64,000 nt of DNA from a virus (Duplodnaviria; Caudoviricetes): the IMG/VR virus record IMGVR_UViG_3300031134_000001, positions 207,027-271,026 of that record, one strand, 5' to 3'. Positions 45,934-54,717 of this stretch are shown here, piece after piece; position 1 is the first letter of the stretch, and every line of letters starts with the position of its first letter. The position numbers and the translations under genes were made by a program. The notes under the pieces were generated by a model that saw only the letters and a list, made by a program, of their open reading frames with translations, was not told the origin of the DNA and made no database searches.

Positions 45934-48291
45934 GTGAGTTCAAATAACTATCAGATTTATATCAATCAGACTTTGCAGCTGGTCGAGACGATCGTCATCA
46001 AATCGTCCACAACAGCGCGCACTCTTAACGAGTGGGTCGCAGCTGCTATGGCAAGTGGAGGTTATTTCGCCTCGATCGACCCTGAACCAACCACATGGAA
46101 ATATTACCTTAATCTTGCTGGAGAGTACCATAGCATCGACGAAGTGATGACCGTCGTATCCATGGACACTCTGGAGGAGATCGTTTTCAACAAAGCCAAC
46201 ATGGTGATCCATCGCGCCACAGCGCGAGCTTACCAATACGGCACCAAGCAGTACACCGATCTGGTGGCACGTTTTCCAAGCCAAGAGCAACTCATCTTGG
46301 GCATCTTGTATCCTACCGATATCGACAAAGCAGTCGCGGCCAAAGACGGTGAGATTTTATCTTACCCGCCAGGCTTGGTAGAAGAAAACGAATACAGCTT
46401 GATCAGCAATCTGCAAAAATGGATTTACCATTACAAGCAGCGCTGGCATGTGCCGGGCTTTGACTACACCGACGAATTGTACACCGCCACCATGTTGGGC
46501 AATATGTACTTGCTCCTGGTGCAGGCCGTACTAACGTTTCGTCTGTCTGTGTGCAACACGAACGAAGCACACAGCTTTCATATTCGGGAGTATTTAGCAA
46601 GTCATGGTTTCCTGGACAAGTACTTCGATTCAATGACCAAGAAACAAGCGCTGTACTTCTATCGTAACATCGCCTACATCGAGCGTCATGCCGGCAAAAA
46701 TGTTACCTTGGACACATTAATCGAGCATATCATGACCGAGCGTCAGATTCCGCTTGGTGAATACAGCATGAAGCACGATGTGACTGACCAGACCGAGACC
46801 TTGTATCCTGAAGTCATTTTCCGCAAACGTCAGCTGAACCTGGGCATTATCCTCTCGGACGATAATCGCATCACGGTGCCTGAAATGCTGGAGAAGGAAA
46901 AGTCTCTGGCCATTGGTAACACGACAGACATCGAAGACGTGTCGGCCAACATCAAAGACTTGATGGAAAACTCTCCATCAAACGTGGTGGCCACCAAGGT
47001 ACTTGAGTCGTCGATGATCGATGAGACCAACAGTTCGCCATGGATCTTAAGTGAGGTGCTGTTTAATCATTGGTTGCTGTTAAGTAGCCAGGGCATCTAT
47101 ACGGCCTACATCAACATCAACAATCCAAAGACGGGTGAGCGCATCCCGTTAACGGCCAAGGAAGCGTTTGTTTTTGCGCTGTACGTCTTTGCCAAGACCG
47201 TGGGTGAAACGTTGGTAACAGTGCCGCCAGCGTATGCTAGCCGGGTGCAGCGTATCCCTACGCCGAGTGTTGACGATATCTATTCGATCGTGGACCATAA
47301 GCTCATCGGTCGTGAAACAGCAGTTGCCGCGTTGGCTGAACAACCCAAGATCCGGTCATTGATTTCGATCGATGCGTTCTACAATCTGGGCTCACAGATC
47401 AACGACGCCATGCAAATGCAACGCCGCTTGATTGCCCGCCAAGAGCATCACGAAGGTCGGGCGATGGTCCAACAGATGGTCACGCGGATCTATAGCGACC
47501 AGCTGATCGAACTGGAACCAGAAGGTACGCTCTACGACAAGTGGCTCTCTTCACGCAACATTGAAGTGTCATCCTTCTCGCGGGCTGAGTTTGTGCTTCT
47601 GTATAACGACATCGTCTCGCAAGCCACGGGCGCGAGTTTGCATCCGATGCAGTCCATGGCGATCTTGCAAAAAGACATGGTGAACATGCTGACGCAGTTG
47701 TCGTCGTATGGTATCCAAGTCATTGCGGAAATCAACGACTCGACCATTCGTAAAACAGACTGGCCTGGTGCACGGTTAGGCACGGTCACGGGATCGATCT
47801 CGAACAACCCGAAAAATCCCGATGCGGTCATTGGTCTGGATCGCTTTAGTGCTTCGGTCTCGATGGACGTGATCGTGGACATGAACCTGCCGGGCGTGGG
47901 TCCGACCATCAAGCAGTACGGCACGCACCACGTCGAAGTGGATCTGGCGATGAACGCTGAGTTGGTGGCCAAGCCCACGACGTTTATGTTTAAGTCGCCG
48001 ATTGGGAATTTGGGCATCACAAGTCCTGATCCGAAAGACGTTGTGATTCCGCGTGGTTGGGTCTCGTTCATTGGTATTGAATACTTCTTGTCGTTAACGC
48101 CAGAACAGATTGGTGACATCGAAGATCCATACAACCCACCAGGCACCTGGAACCCACCACGTAAAACACCACTCAATCAAGTGATCGTGATTACGGATCT
48201 TAACGGCTTGTACTTAACGGATGGCGACCGGGGCGAACCGCTCTCGCGTAGCATCACTGAGACCAAGTTGGGCAAAACTTACCCACAGTAA
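45934..48291 (+). CDS. Virion structural protein, baseplate-type (phiKZ gp128-like)
   Basis: WKYYLNLAGEYH, ILGILYP, FHIREYLASHG, LYFYRNIAYI motifs recalled from this phage family; divergent from portal. Confidence 0.75.
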   Translation: MSSNNYQIYINQTLQLVETIVIKSSTTARTLNEWVAAAMASGGYFASIDPEPTTWKYYLNLAGEYHSIDEVMTVVSMDTLEEIVFNKANMVIHRATARAYQYGTKQYTDLVARFPSQEQLILGILYPTDIDKAVAAKDGEILSYPPGLVEENEYSLISNLQKWIYHYKQRWHVPGFDYTDELYTATMLGNMYLLLVQAVLTFRLSVCNTNEAHSFHIREYLASHGFLDKYFDSMTKKQALYFYRNIAYIERHAGKNVTLDTLIEHIMTERQIPLGEYSMKHDVTDQTETLYPEVIFRKRQLNLGIILSDDNRITVPEMLEKEKSLAIGNTTDIEDVSANIKDLMENSPSNVVATKVLESSMIDETNSSPWILSEVLFNHWLLLSSQGIYTAYININNPKTGERIPLTAKEAFVFALYVFAKTVGETLVTVPPAYASRVQRIPTPSVDDIYSIVDHKLIGRETAVAALAEQPKIRSLISIDAFYNLGSQINDAMQMQRRLIARQEHHEGRAMVQQMVTRIYSDQLIELEPEGTLYDKWLSSRNIEVSSFSRAEFVLLYNDIVSQATGASLHPMQSMAILQKDMVNMLTQLSSYGIQVIAEINDSTIRKTDWPGARLGTVTGSISNNPKNPDAVIGLDRFSASVSMDVIVDMNLPGVGPTIKQYGTHHVEVDLAMNAELVAKPTTFMFKSPIGNLGITSPDPKDVVIPRGWVSFIGIEYFLSLTPEQIGDIEDPYNPPGTWNPPRKTPLNQVIVITDLNGLYLTDGDRGEPLSRSITETKLGKTYPQ

Positions 48292-48353
48292 ACACCATCA
48301 TCTGGCGATGTACACTTTCTTACCTATTCTTACAATCTTGGAGTAAATATAAA

Positions 48354-49226
48354 ATGGCTGAAAAAACCACCCGTACCATTTACGGCATGTACCTGCAAAC
48401 GTGCGCGCATCTGGGCATTCCTTTCGAAGTGGCCAAGCACACCACACTGAACGAACTGCTGACCATCCAAGCTGATCGGGTGCCGGACGAAAACGTTTAC
48501 CCAACGCTCGGTTACATCAGTCTGGGCAATGGCGGCCTGTCGGCAAGTTTGCTGGCAGACGGTAACCTGGTCATGGTGCCCAAGGTTTTCGAACCAACCA
48601 GCGCTGCGCCTTACAGCCCACTGCCGCTGATCCTGCGCGCCATTGGCGACGACTTGACTGAAGTGGAGCGTCGCAAGTACGCGCTGCGCCGGATCGAGAA
48701 CCGTAACAACGTGAACTACATCGCGTACTACCTGAAGCGGATCGACAAGACCAACCTCAAGGCCGGTATGTTTTTAACCACGGTAGTAGATGGTGTGAAA
48801 AACACGGTGCCGTTTGTGCCAGACTCGTCTGTGCTGCATCCAACACCACCGATCATCAGCAACCCAGGCGTCATCACGGCCGACGGCAGTTACGTGAGCG
48901 CATCGGCGCCACTGGACGTGATCCTCGATACGCTCGACACGCAAGAGCTGATGAACGTGTTTAACATCATCTACCAAAACCCGAACGCTGCGGTCATCTC
49001 GGAACTGGCTCTGTGCTCGGGTCTGGATTTGACCGTGCAAGTGAACGACACCGGTGGTAACCAGTTCAACATGCTCGAAGCCATCGCCGTGCAGGTAAAC
49101 GACCTGGTGAACATCGGCGCGCCGCTGCAGTTCAACGCCGACGGTGTCAAGTTCAGCATGGACATCGGTGCTACCGAACCACTGTTTAATCGTGATCGTA
49201 ACGGCAATCGCCCTGCGCCCATCTAA
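48354..49226 (+). CDS. Virion structural protein (phiKZ gp127-like)
   Basis: 290 aa; TTLNELL, YALR, AYYLKRID; synteny. Confidence 0.75.
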   Translation: MAEKTTRTIYGMYLQTCAHLGIPFEVAKHTTLNELLTIQADRVPDENVYPTLGYISLGNGGLSASLLADGNLVMVPKVFEPTSAAPYSPLPLILRAIGDDLTEVERRKYALRRIENRNNVNYIAYYLKRIDKTNLKAGMFLTTVVDGVKNTVPFVPDSSVLHPTPPIISNPGVITADGSYVSASAPLDVILDTLDTQELMNVFNIIYQNPNAAVISELALCSGLDLTVQVNDTGGNQFNMLEAIAVQVNDLVNIGAPLQFNADGVKFSMDIGATEPLFNRDRNGNRPAPI

Positions 49227-49238
49227 CGAAAGTTAATC

Positions 49239-49826
49239 ATGCTTCACCTCCCTGCTAACAGCGGGGATATATTTGTCATATCAGGCACCGACCCAGGGAC
49301 ACACAACCTTGGTATCGGTGACTTGTATGTGGACATGTATACCCTCGAAATTCGTTCATTCGAAGCCCGTACGTTGGTTGCCACCAAGCTCATGGATGAT
49401 GATGATCTGTTGGTGGAGACGCATGGGCATACCTACGCTCGCACTGATGCACACAAAGACGCATTGGTCGAGCACTTCCGTCGTGTACGGCCCTCGGCCA
49501 TCGCGTGTGAAGACGCGTACTTTAACCGGCGCACGCCAGGTGCTTATGCACCACTCTTGAAATCGATTCAGAGCATCCGCGCTGCGGCCTTGGAATACCA
49601 TCCTTACATGCGCTTTGCGCTGTATGAACCTTCGGTCATCAAAGTGGCTGTCGGGGCTGTGGGTTGGTCCAAGAAAGCCGGTACCAACAAGAGTGCGGTG
49701 TTTGATGCCTTGATGAAAAGTCCAGAATTCAAAGTACCGAGTCGCACGCCTTTAACCACGTTAAGCGAGCACGCCATCGATAGCTTGGCGATTGCTTACA
49801 CCCAACTTCAATACATGAGGTCTTAA
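49239..49826 (+). CDS. RuvC-like Holliday junction resolvase
   Basis: ISGTDPGTHNLG, IACEDAYF, HAIDSLAIA acidic active-site motifs. Confidence 0.85.
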   Translation: MLHLPANSGDIFVISGTDPGTHNLGIGDLYVDMYTLEIRSFEARTLVATKLMDDDDLLVETHGHTYARTDAHKDALVEHFRRVRPSAIACEDAYFNRRTPGAYAPLLKSIQSIRAAALEYHPYMRFALYEPSVIKVAVGAVGWSKKAGTNKSAVFDALMKSPEFKVPSRTPLTTLSEHAIDSLAIAYTQLQYMRS

Positions 49827-50288
49827 ATGCTGCTCTTAAAATCCTTAGGCTGGCGTAGCTGGTTGGCCATTGCCTGCGCACTGATCATCTTCGTGCTCTA
49901 CATGCAAAACAACCGCATGAAAACGGCAGTGACCAAAGCCAACAGCACCATCGCTACGCAAGCGGTCGAAGTCAAGACCCAAGCTGCGGTCATCAAGATC
50001 GACAAAGTGATCAAGAAGATCGACGAAGAAACACAGCTCAAAGTTGACAAGGCCGTCAAAGCCGCTGTGAAGAAACACGAAGCCGTTGCCGTCAAGGTCG
50101 CTGACCGTGAACGCGACATCCACATCAAGTTTATCGAACGCCCCGTTTCGGTTGAAACCATCGGGGTCGAACAACTGGAATTAGCCGAAGTGCGGATTGA
50201 CAGTTTGTGGGAAGCGTACTGCTTGGTACAGCCCGAGAATCCCGAATGCACTTTACCCACTAACCTTCTCGGAGCCACCGATGCTTAA
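49827..50288 (+). CDS. i-spanin (Rz-like)
   Basis: N-terminal TM WLAIACALIIFVLYM followed by a coiled coil; overlaps the lipoprotein gene. Confidence 0.7.
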   Translation: MLLLKSLGWRSWLAIACALIIFVLYMQNNRMKTAVTKANSTIATQAVEVKTQAAVIKIDKVIKKIDEETQLKVDKAVKAAVKKHEAVAVKVADRERDIHIKFIERPVSVETIGVEQLELAEVRIDSLWEAYCLVQPENPECTLPTNLLGATDA

Positions 50289-50721
50289 AACCATGCAAGC
50301 GTTAATCGCGCACATCCTCAAACTGTTCTTCATCTTCGGCGTGTGTGTCGGCATCGGCGCTACTGCCGGCTGCTCAGCCCAAAAGCCGCTGATCGTTGTT
50401 CAGCACGTGTCTGTCGCGCCACCGGATAATCTGATGGTGGACTGCGAGATCACGGCGCCGCCGTCGAAAGAAACGTACCTGAAGGACTACAGTGCCGGCA
50501 CCGTGGTACCGCCTTTGTTCACCCCGGACAAAGATCAGTACAAAGTGATGACGCAGTACGCTCGTGCACTGAAGAATGTCGAGGAGCGTGAATCCATGTT
50601 GACGGCGACGTTGCTGCGGCAGTACCAGTTCACCGATATGTGTAACCAACGACTCAAGGGCCTTCGTGAATGGAAGGCCAAAGTTTTGTCGGAACTTGAC
50701 AAAGTAAATAAAAAGGAATAG
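50281..50721 (+). CDS. o-spanin (Rz1-like) lipoprotein; start revised to 50281
   Basis: Signal peptide ending in lipobox ATAGC; Pro-rich segment; 8-nt overlap with the i-spanin. Confidence 0.7.
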   Translation: MLKTMQALIAHILKLFFIFGVCVGIGATAGCSAQKPLIVVQHVSVAPPDNLMVDCEITAPPSKETYLKDYSAGTVVPPLFTPDKDQYKVMTQYARALKNVEERESMLTATLLRQYQFTDMCNQRLKGLREWKAKVLSELDKVNKKE

Positions 50722-50724
50722 ATC

Positions 50725-51273
50725 ATGCGCGTTACTGCCCATGTACTGCGCAAGATTGACGATGAGAAACCCATCGCGATTCAAGCGGCAACATCCCCGG
50801 CCATCAGTGAACTGATGTCTAGTTACAACGAAATGGTGGCCATCGCTCGGGCAGCAGAAGACGAACGTTTGGTCATTGTCTCCGGCAGCATGTATGGGCA
50901 GGATTTCAAACGCTGTGTGAATCAACTCCCAGGACAAGATCTGCATCGCCTGCTCGATCGTTACTTGTCCCACTTCGCTCGGTGCGAAGCTGGTAACGCC
51001 ACTCGTGAACGTACCCAAGTCGAGCAAGACGACGAAGACGCTAGCAACGGAGAAGATGTGAGCTCAAACGAGACCCAGGCTGCAAAAGACAAGCGCGCCT
51101 TAAACCACTGGCTCATCCGGGTCGGGGTAGTGTGCTTGGTTGCCACTGCCTTAATCGTGGGTGGTGCTATGGTGGCCATCATGACGTATGACCATACGGC
51201 AGACAACGCTGTTTTCAAGACCATCATGGAAACAGCCACCGAGGTCATCAAAATCCTTTTCATCACTAAGTAG
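50725..51273 (+). CDS. Membrane protein with C-terminal TM segment(s)
   Basis: VGVVCLVATALIVGGAMVAIM plus amphipathic tail. Confidence 0.75.
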   Translation: MRVTAHVLRKIDDEKPIAIQAATSPAISELMSSYNEMVAIARAAEDERLVIVSGSMYGQDFKRCVNQLPGQDLHRLLDRYLSHFARCEAGNATRERTQVEQDDEDASNGEDVSSNETQAAKDKRALNHWLIRVGVVCLVATALIVGGAMVAIMTYDHTADNAVFKTIMETATEVIKILFITK

Positions 51274-51278
51274 GACCT

Positions 51279-51971
51279 ATGCGTACCTTTCGTTCCAATG
51301 CCTTTACTGGCACGCTAGCCACTGAAGCAGAAGACGTCAGTGGTAAACTCTCGGCAGAAATCGAGTATATGTTTTACGCTCGTGTCACATCCCCTGAAAC
51401 GCTCTTAAACGCGCTGTGCCTGGATATTCAGGAGCAGTGGGGGATCTGGCAGGATAAGACCGATAAAAACGCTGGCAGTGGCTCTAGTCGCGTTAGAAAG
51501 GTTATCCATAAGCCGATCATCAACGGCCAGTTCGATAACATCAACACGACTGAACAAATCGTGCAGACCACCAAGCTTAAACGCTCGGACGGTTCGTCCT
51601 TAGAAGTGTCGGTTGAAACCACACAAGACGCGTTGACCGCGTTTCGTGTGCTGGCTGAATCGGGCATGATCAAACACCGTTACCGTTTCCCTGTACCCAA
51701 CATGGACTTGGTGTGGGAAGTGGACATGTTTGTCGAGCCGGGTGAATCGATGTATTCGACCAAGTACATCAGCTGGGCTAAGATCGATCTGGAAGTACCG
51801 CAGAAAGACTTCCCAGTGCCGGTGTTACCGGATGGCTTTATCGATGGGTTCAACAGCAAAGCTGAGAACTTAACCGATGAACAGAAACAAGTCGTTGAGC
51901 AGATGAAGGGCTTCATCAGTTTGCCGAATCCGTATGTAACGGAAGTCTACCCTGACGTGTTACCGAAGTAA
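51279..51971 (+). CDS. CYTH-like (triphosphate tunnel) domain protein
   Basis: EIEYMF, WEVDMF, WAKIDLEV resemble CYTH E.E.K, WEVD.F, AEIEL. Confidence 0.55.
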   Translation: MRTFRSNAFTGTLATEAEDVSGKLSAEIEYMFYARVTSPETLLNALCLDIQEQWGIWQDKTDKNAGSGSSRVRKVIHKPIINGQFDNINTTEQIVQTTKLKRSDGSSLEVSVETTQDALTAFRVLAESGMIKHRYRFPVPNMDLVWEVDMFVEPGESMYSTKYISWAKIDLEVPQKDFPVPVLPDGFIDGFNSKAENLTDEQKQVVEQMKGFISLPNPYVTEVYPDVLPK

Positions 51972-51978
51972 CATAGCG

Positions 51979-52014
51979 CTCTCTTCTCCTTACCGGGAGA
52001 AGAGAGTTGTTATT
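51979..52014 (+). terminator. Terminator-like hairpin
   Basis: CTCTCTTCTCC/GGAGAAGAGAG 11-bp stem. Confidence 0.75.
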
Positions 52015-52277
52015 ATGATTTCGTTGAAGTATTTTAATACAGTTGAGTTCCATGCTGTGCAACTTTACCGTTGTGAGTTCGACGATAGTGATCCATTTGG
52101 ATTGCTTGCGTTGTGGGGCTTCGAGAACCCACTCCACCTGTGCTGTGTGCATGTTTGCATGTTAGCCTGTGTCTTTAGCCGTATCACCTTTGGGGGAGAG
52201 GGGGGCGACCAGACGAGGCCAGCGAAGCAAAGGGCGAGGAGGGGAGGAGTCAAAGTAAACCAACCTAGGAACCAGAT

Positions 52278-52682
52278 ATGCAAGCCTTGGTAGATGCAGC
52301 GCAAAAGAAGTGGGAAGCAGTGATGGTACCGCAGTATGCACGTGAAGTCGTAGACAACCTTAGCAAGCGAATCATCTTTGTAGTGGCTCCGTTTCACGGC
52401 GGTGCGCTAACGGAGCGCAACAAACAGAACTTGATGGACATGGTGGCAGAGACGTTTAAAGAGTGGCAAAGCCGCACTGCGATTACGTTTCCACAAATCA
52501 AAGAAGAGCAATACCGCATGTGGATTGAGTTTGACCAAGACAAGATGGGCATTATCGCTAGCGAAGCGTTAATTGCCTTTGGTAAGGTAACTGGCGCTGA
52601 TCTGGAGATCTACCACCCTGATTCACCTCACTCTCGTTTCTATGCCAGTAAACCTTGGCGTTACCCAGAAGACTACGCATAA
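52278..52682 (+). CDS. Hypothetical protein (134 aa)
   Basis: AGGA RBS; followed by a terminator. Confidence 0.8.
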   Translation: MQALVDAAQKKWEAVMVPQYAREVVDNLSKRIIFVVAPFHGGALTERNKQNLMDMVAETFKEWQSRTAITFPQIKEEQYRMWIEFDQDKMGIIASEALIAFGKVTGADLEIYHPDSPHSRFYASKPWRYPEDYA

Positions 52683-52726
52683 TCCCCCCCACCCAGTCCC
52701 TATCAAGGGCTGGGCTTTATGACGTC
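52677..52726 (+). terminator. Terminator-like hairpin with GCATA/TATGACGTC flanks
   Basis: CCCAGTCCC/GGGCTGGG stem. Confidence 0.7.
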
Positions 52727-52747
52727 TAAAAATGTGGCACTAGAATA

Positions 52748-52764
52748 TTTCAAGGCTATATTCC
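52748..52764 (+). promoter_or_regulatory. Candidate early promoter TTTCAAGGCTATATTCC
   Basis: Same TTTC-N5-TATATY spacing; heads an operon of small accessory genes. Confidence 0.55.
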
Positions 52765-52821
52765 ATCAGTGAATAAGAAGCAGCAATGCCTCTACCCATC
52801 TAACTTTTAAGGAGCTTGACC

Positions 52822-52971
52822 ATGTGCGAACAACCTAAAGAAGAACCAGTGATGCAGTACAAGCACGTCTGTGGCTACTGTGGTTCGACCGAGCCGCTTG
52901 TTACGTACGAAGAAATGTACGGCCCTGGCGCACACGGCCACGACTGCTGCCCTGATTGTGGCGGCGTTTAA
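52822..52971 (+). CDS. 49-aa zinc-ribbon microprotein (not in ORF track)
   Basis: AAGGAG RBS; MCEQPKEEPVMQYKHVCGYCGSTEPLVTYEEMYGPGAHGHDCCPDCGGV. Confidence 0.75.
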   Translation: MCEQPKEEPVMQYKHVCGYCGSTEPLVTYEEMYGPGAHGHDCCPDCGGV

Positions 52972-52997
52972 TTCTAAATAACTTAAGGAGATTTACC

Positions 52998-53318
52998 ATG
53001 GCTCGATACGTTGACCGCAGCATGAAAGTGTACCACTCGGGTAACGCTCGCCTGTACCATGAAGGCGAAGCGCTGTACGTGGGCTGGTCGATCGATCCTG
53101 ATGGATCGGGCGGCTGCCACCCGCTGGATTGGCGCTGCTTACTCAGCTCGGCGCAGTTAGTCGAGTTGCGTGATCGGTACTCGGCTGGTATCCCAGAACG
53201 CGATGCACGTCGCGCTGGGATGCTGCGCTCCTTTGGTTACGCCATCGAGGCGCGCCAAAGGGCCGAGATTCACACGGTGCCTGAAGAGGTCAAACCGTGT
53301 GAGCCTTTCCCGTGGTAG
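52998..53318 (+). CDS. Hypothetical protein; start revised to 52998
   Basis: AAGGAG RBS. Confidence 0.8.
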   Translation: MARYVDRSMKVYHSGNARLYHEGEALYVGWSIDPDGSGGCHPLDWRCLLSSAQLVELRDRYSAGIPERDARRAGMLRSFGYAIEARQRAEIHTVPEEVKPCEPFPW

Positions 53319-53398
53319 TTTTTCACGAGGCTCTATCCGTAAGGGCGATGGCTCTTACGGATGTACCCTTATAACTAACAACACAAAGGAGTTTTACC

Positions 53399-53758
53399 AT
53401 GACCACTATCAAAACCGCTTTCGATGCTCGCTTCGAAGATCCAAAGACCGTGCAGCAAATGGGCTTTCTGACCCAGCGCCGGTTGTTTGAACTGCACGCT
53501 TCCCATGACGTGCAAGCGCTCAAGCGTGATGAAGTGCTGGCTGGCACCTCGCGCGAAGGTTACAAGTTCTTGGCGATCAACCAGATCGACGGGACTTTCG
53601 TGATCTTCCGTGATGCCGATGGCCTGTACTCGTACTACTGCGATACCACGTTTGCCAATCTGCAAACGATGCAGCTCGCTGGTTTCAAAACGTTCGGTGA
53701 AATCGACACCATCGAAAAATTCAACCACATCATGGCCATCCCGGATTCGTTCCGCTAA
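53399..53758 (+). CDS. Hypothetical protein (119 aa)
   Basis: A/C leader plus AAGGAG. Confidence 0.85.
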   Translation: MTTIKTAFDARFEDPKTVQQMGFLTQRRLFELHASHDVQALKRDEVLAGTSREGYKFLAINQIDGTFVIFRDADGLYSYYCDTTFANLQTMQLAGFKTFGEIDTIEKFNHIMAIPDSFR

Positions 53759-53768
53759 GGAGAGCAGC

Positions 53769-53897
53769 ATGTCTAAGTTGAACAAAGTTTGTATCGTCAT
53801 GGCAGTGTCCACGTTCTTGACGATTGGTAGTTTGCCGTATGTGTGCGACTACCTGTTTGGCACGAACCTCGTGACCCAACTAAACCAACCCAAATAA
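53769..53897 (+). CDS. 42-aa membrane microprotein; start revised to 53769
   Basis: AAGGAG RBS; hydrophobic VCIVMAVSTFLTIGSL. Confidence 0.7.
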   Translation: MSKLNKVCIVMAVSTFLTIGSLPYVCDYLFGTNLVTQLNQPK

Positions 53898-53910
53898 GAG
53901 AGGATTTATC

Positions 53911-54231
53911 ATGGCACTTGCTAAACCTGTTGCACGTCAGACGTACACCCTGGCCCAGATCATGAACGAACTGGATCTGCCTGACACGCCGTTCCTGCGT
54001 TTTGCCTGCAAGGGCGAGACTGCCGTCATCCAAGACGGTAACGGTGATCCGCTGACGGTGCCAGCAATGGCAGAAAGTCTGTGGCGTTATCAGTACACGA
54101 CGCACGAGTCGTGCCCGCTGTTTACGTACGTTGGCGAAGTGGACATCATGACACTCGTTGACGTTAGCATGCGTCATGGAGACGACCATGTGGACGACCC
54201 TTACGAGGTCTACTTCAAGGGCATGCGGTAA
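53911..54231 (+). CDS. Hypothetical protein (106 aa)
   Basis: GAGGA RBS. Confidence 0.8.
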   Translation: MALAKPVARQTYTLAQIMNELDLPDTPFLRFACKGETAVIQDGNGDPLTVPAMAESLWRYQYTTHESCPLFTYVGEVDIMTLVDVSMRHGDDHVDDPYEVYFKGMR

Positions 54232-54312
54232 AGTAATCTCCTAGCTCACTCTCACGAGTGGGTTAGTGGATGCATTTTATCTCCCCGTTTAATCTTTACA
54301 AGAAAGCGTATC

Positions 54313-54633
54313 ATGAAGAAACTGATCTTTGCAGCACTGGCTCTTTTTGCAGTAACCGCGCAAGCCACGCAAGTGCAAGGCTTTAAGCAGGCTGACCAGA
54401 AGCGTCCGTACGAGCTCGTGTACTATACGGTCTACCAAAGCGAGAGCATGTCTGACCGTGACCTGGGCGGCACCGCCATTGTGCTGCGCGGTTGCGAGAA
54501 GGTCACACCTTCGACGTTTATGCGTCGTGAGAACTTGGCGTACGATCGCAACATTGCAGGCGCTTTCTACTGCAAGCGCGGACAAGGTTCGTCCGAGTAC
54601 TACGTGATCGTCAAGAAGTTCGAAGAGACCTAA
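54313..54633 (+). CDS. Secreted/periplasmic protein (106 aa) with Sec signal peptide
   Basis: MKKLIFAALALFAVTAQA; two Cys in the mature part. Confidence 0.85.
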   Translation: MKKLIFAALALFAVTAQATQVQGFKQADQKRPYELVYYTVYQSESMSDRDLGGTAIVLRGCEKVTPSTFMRRENLAYDRNIAGAFYCKRGQGSSEYYVIVKKFEET

Positions 54634-54717
54634 ACAAGAAAATACCCGCGATGTTCATTAGGTGGGTCCGGAGAGATCCACCTGTAATTCATAACTCAAC
54701 AACAAAAAGGAATTAGC

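Noticed and set aside
52015-52397. ORFs 52015-52293 (+) and 52065-52397 (-)
   Set aside because: No RBS, biased composition driven by the G-rich tract, and overlap with a better-supported gene
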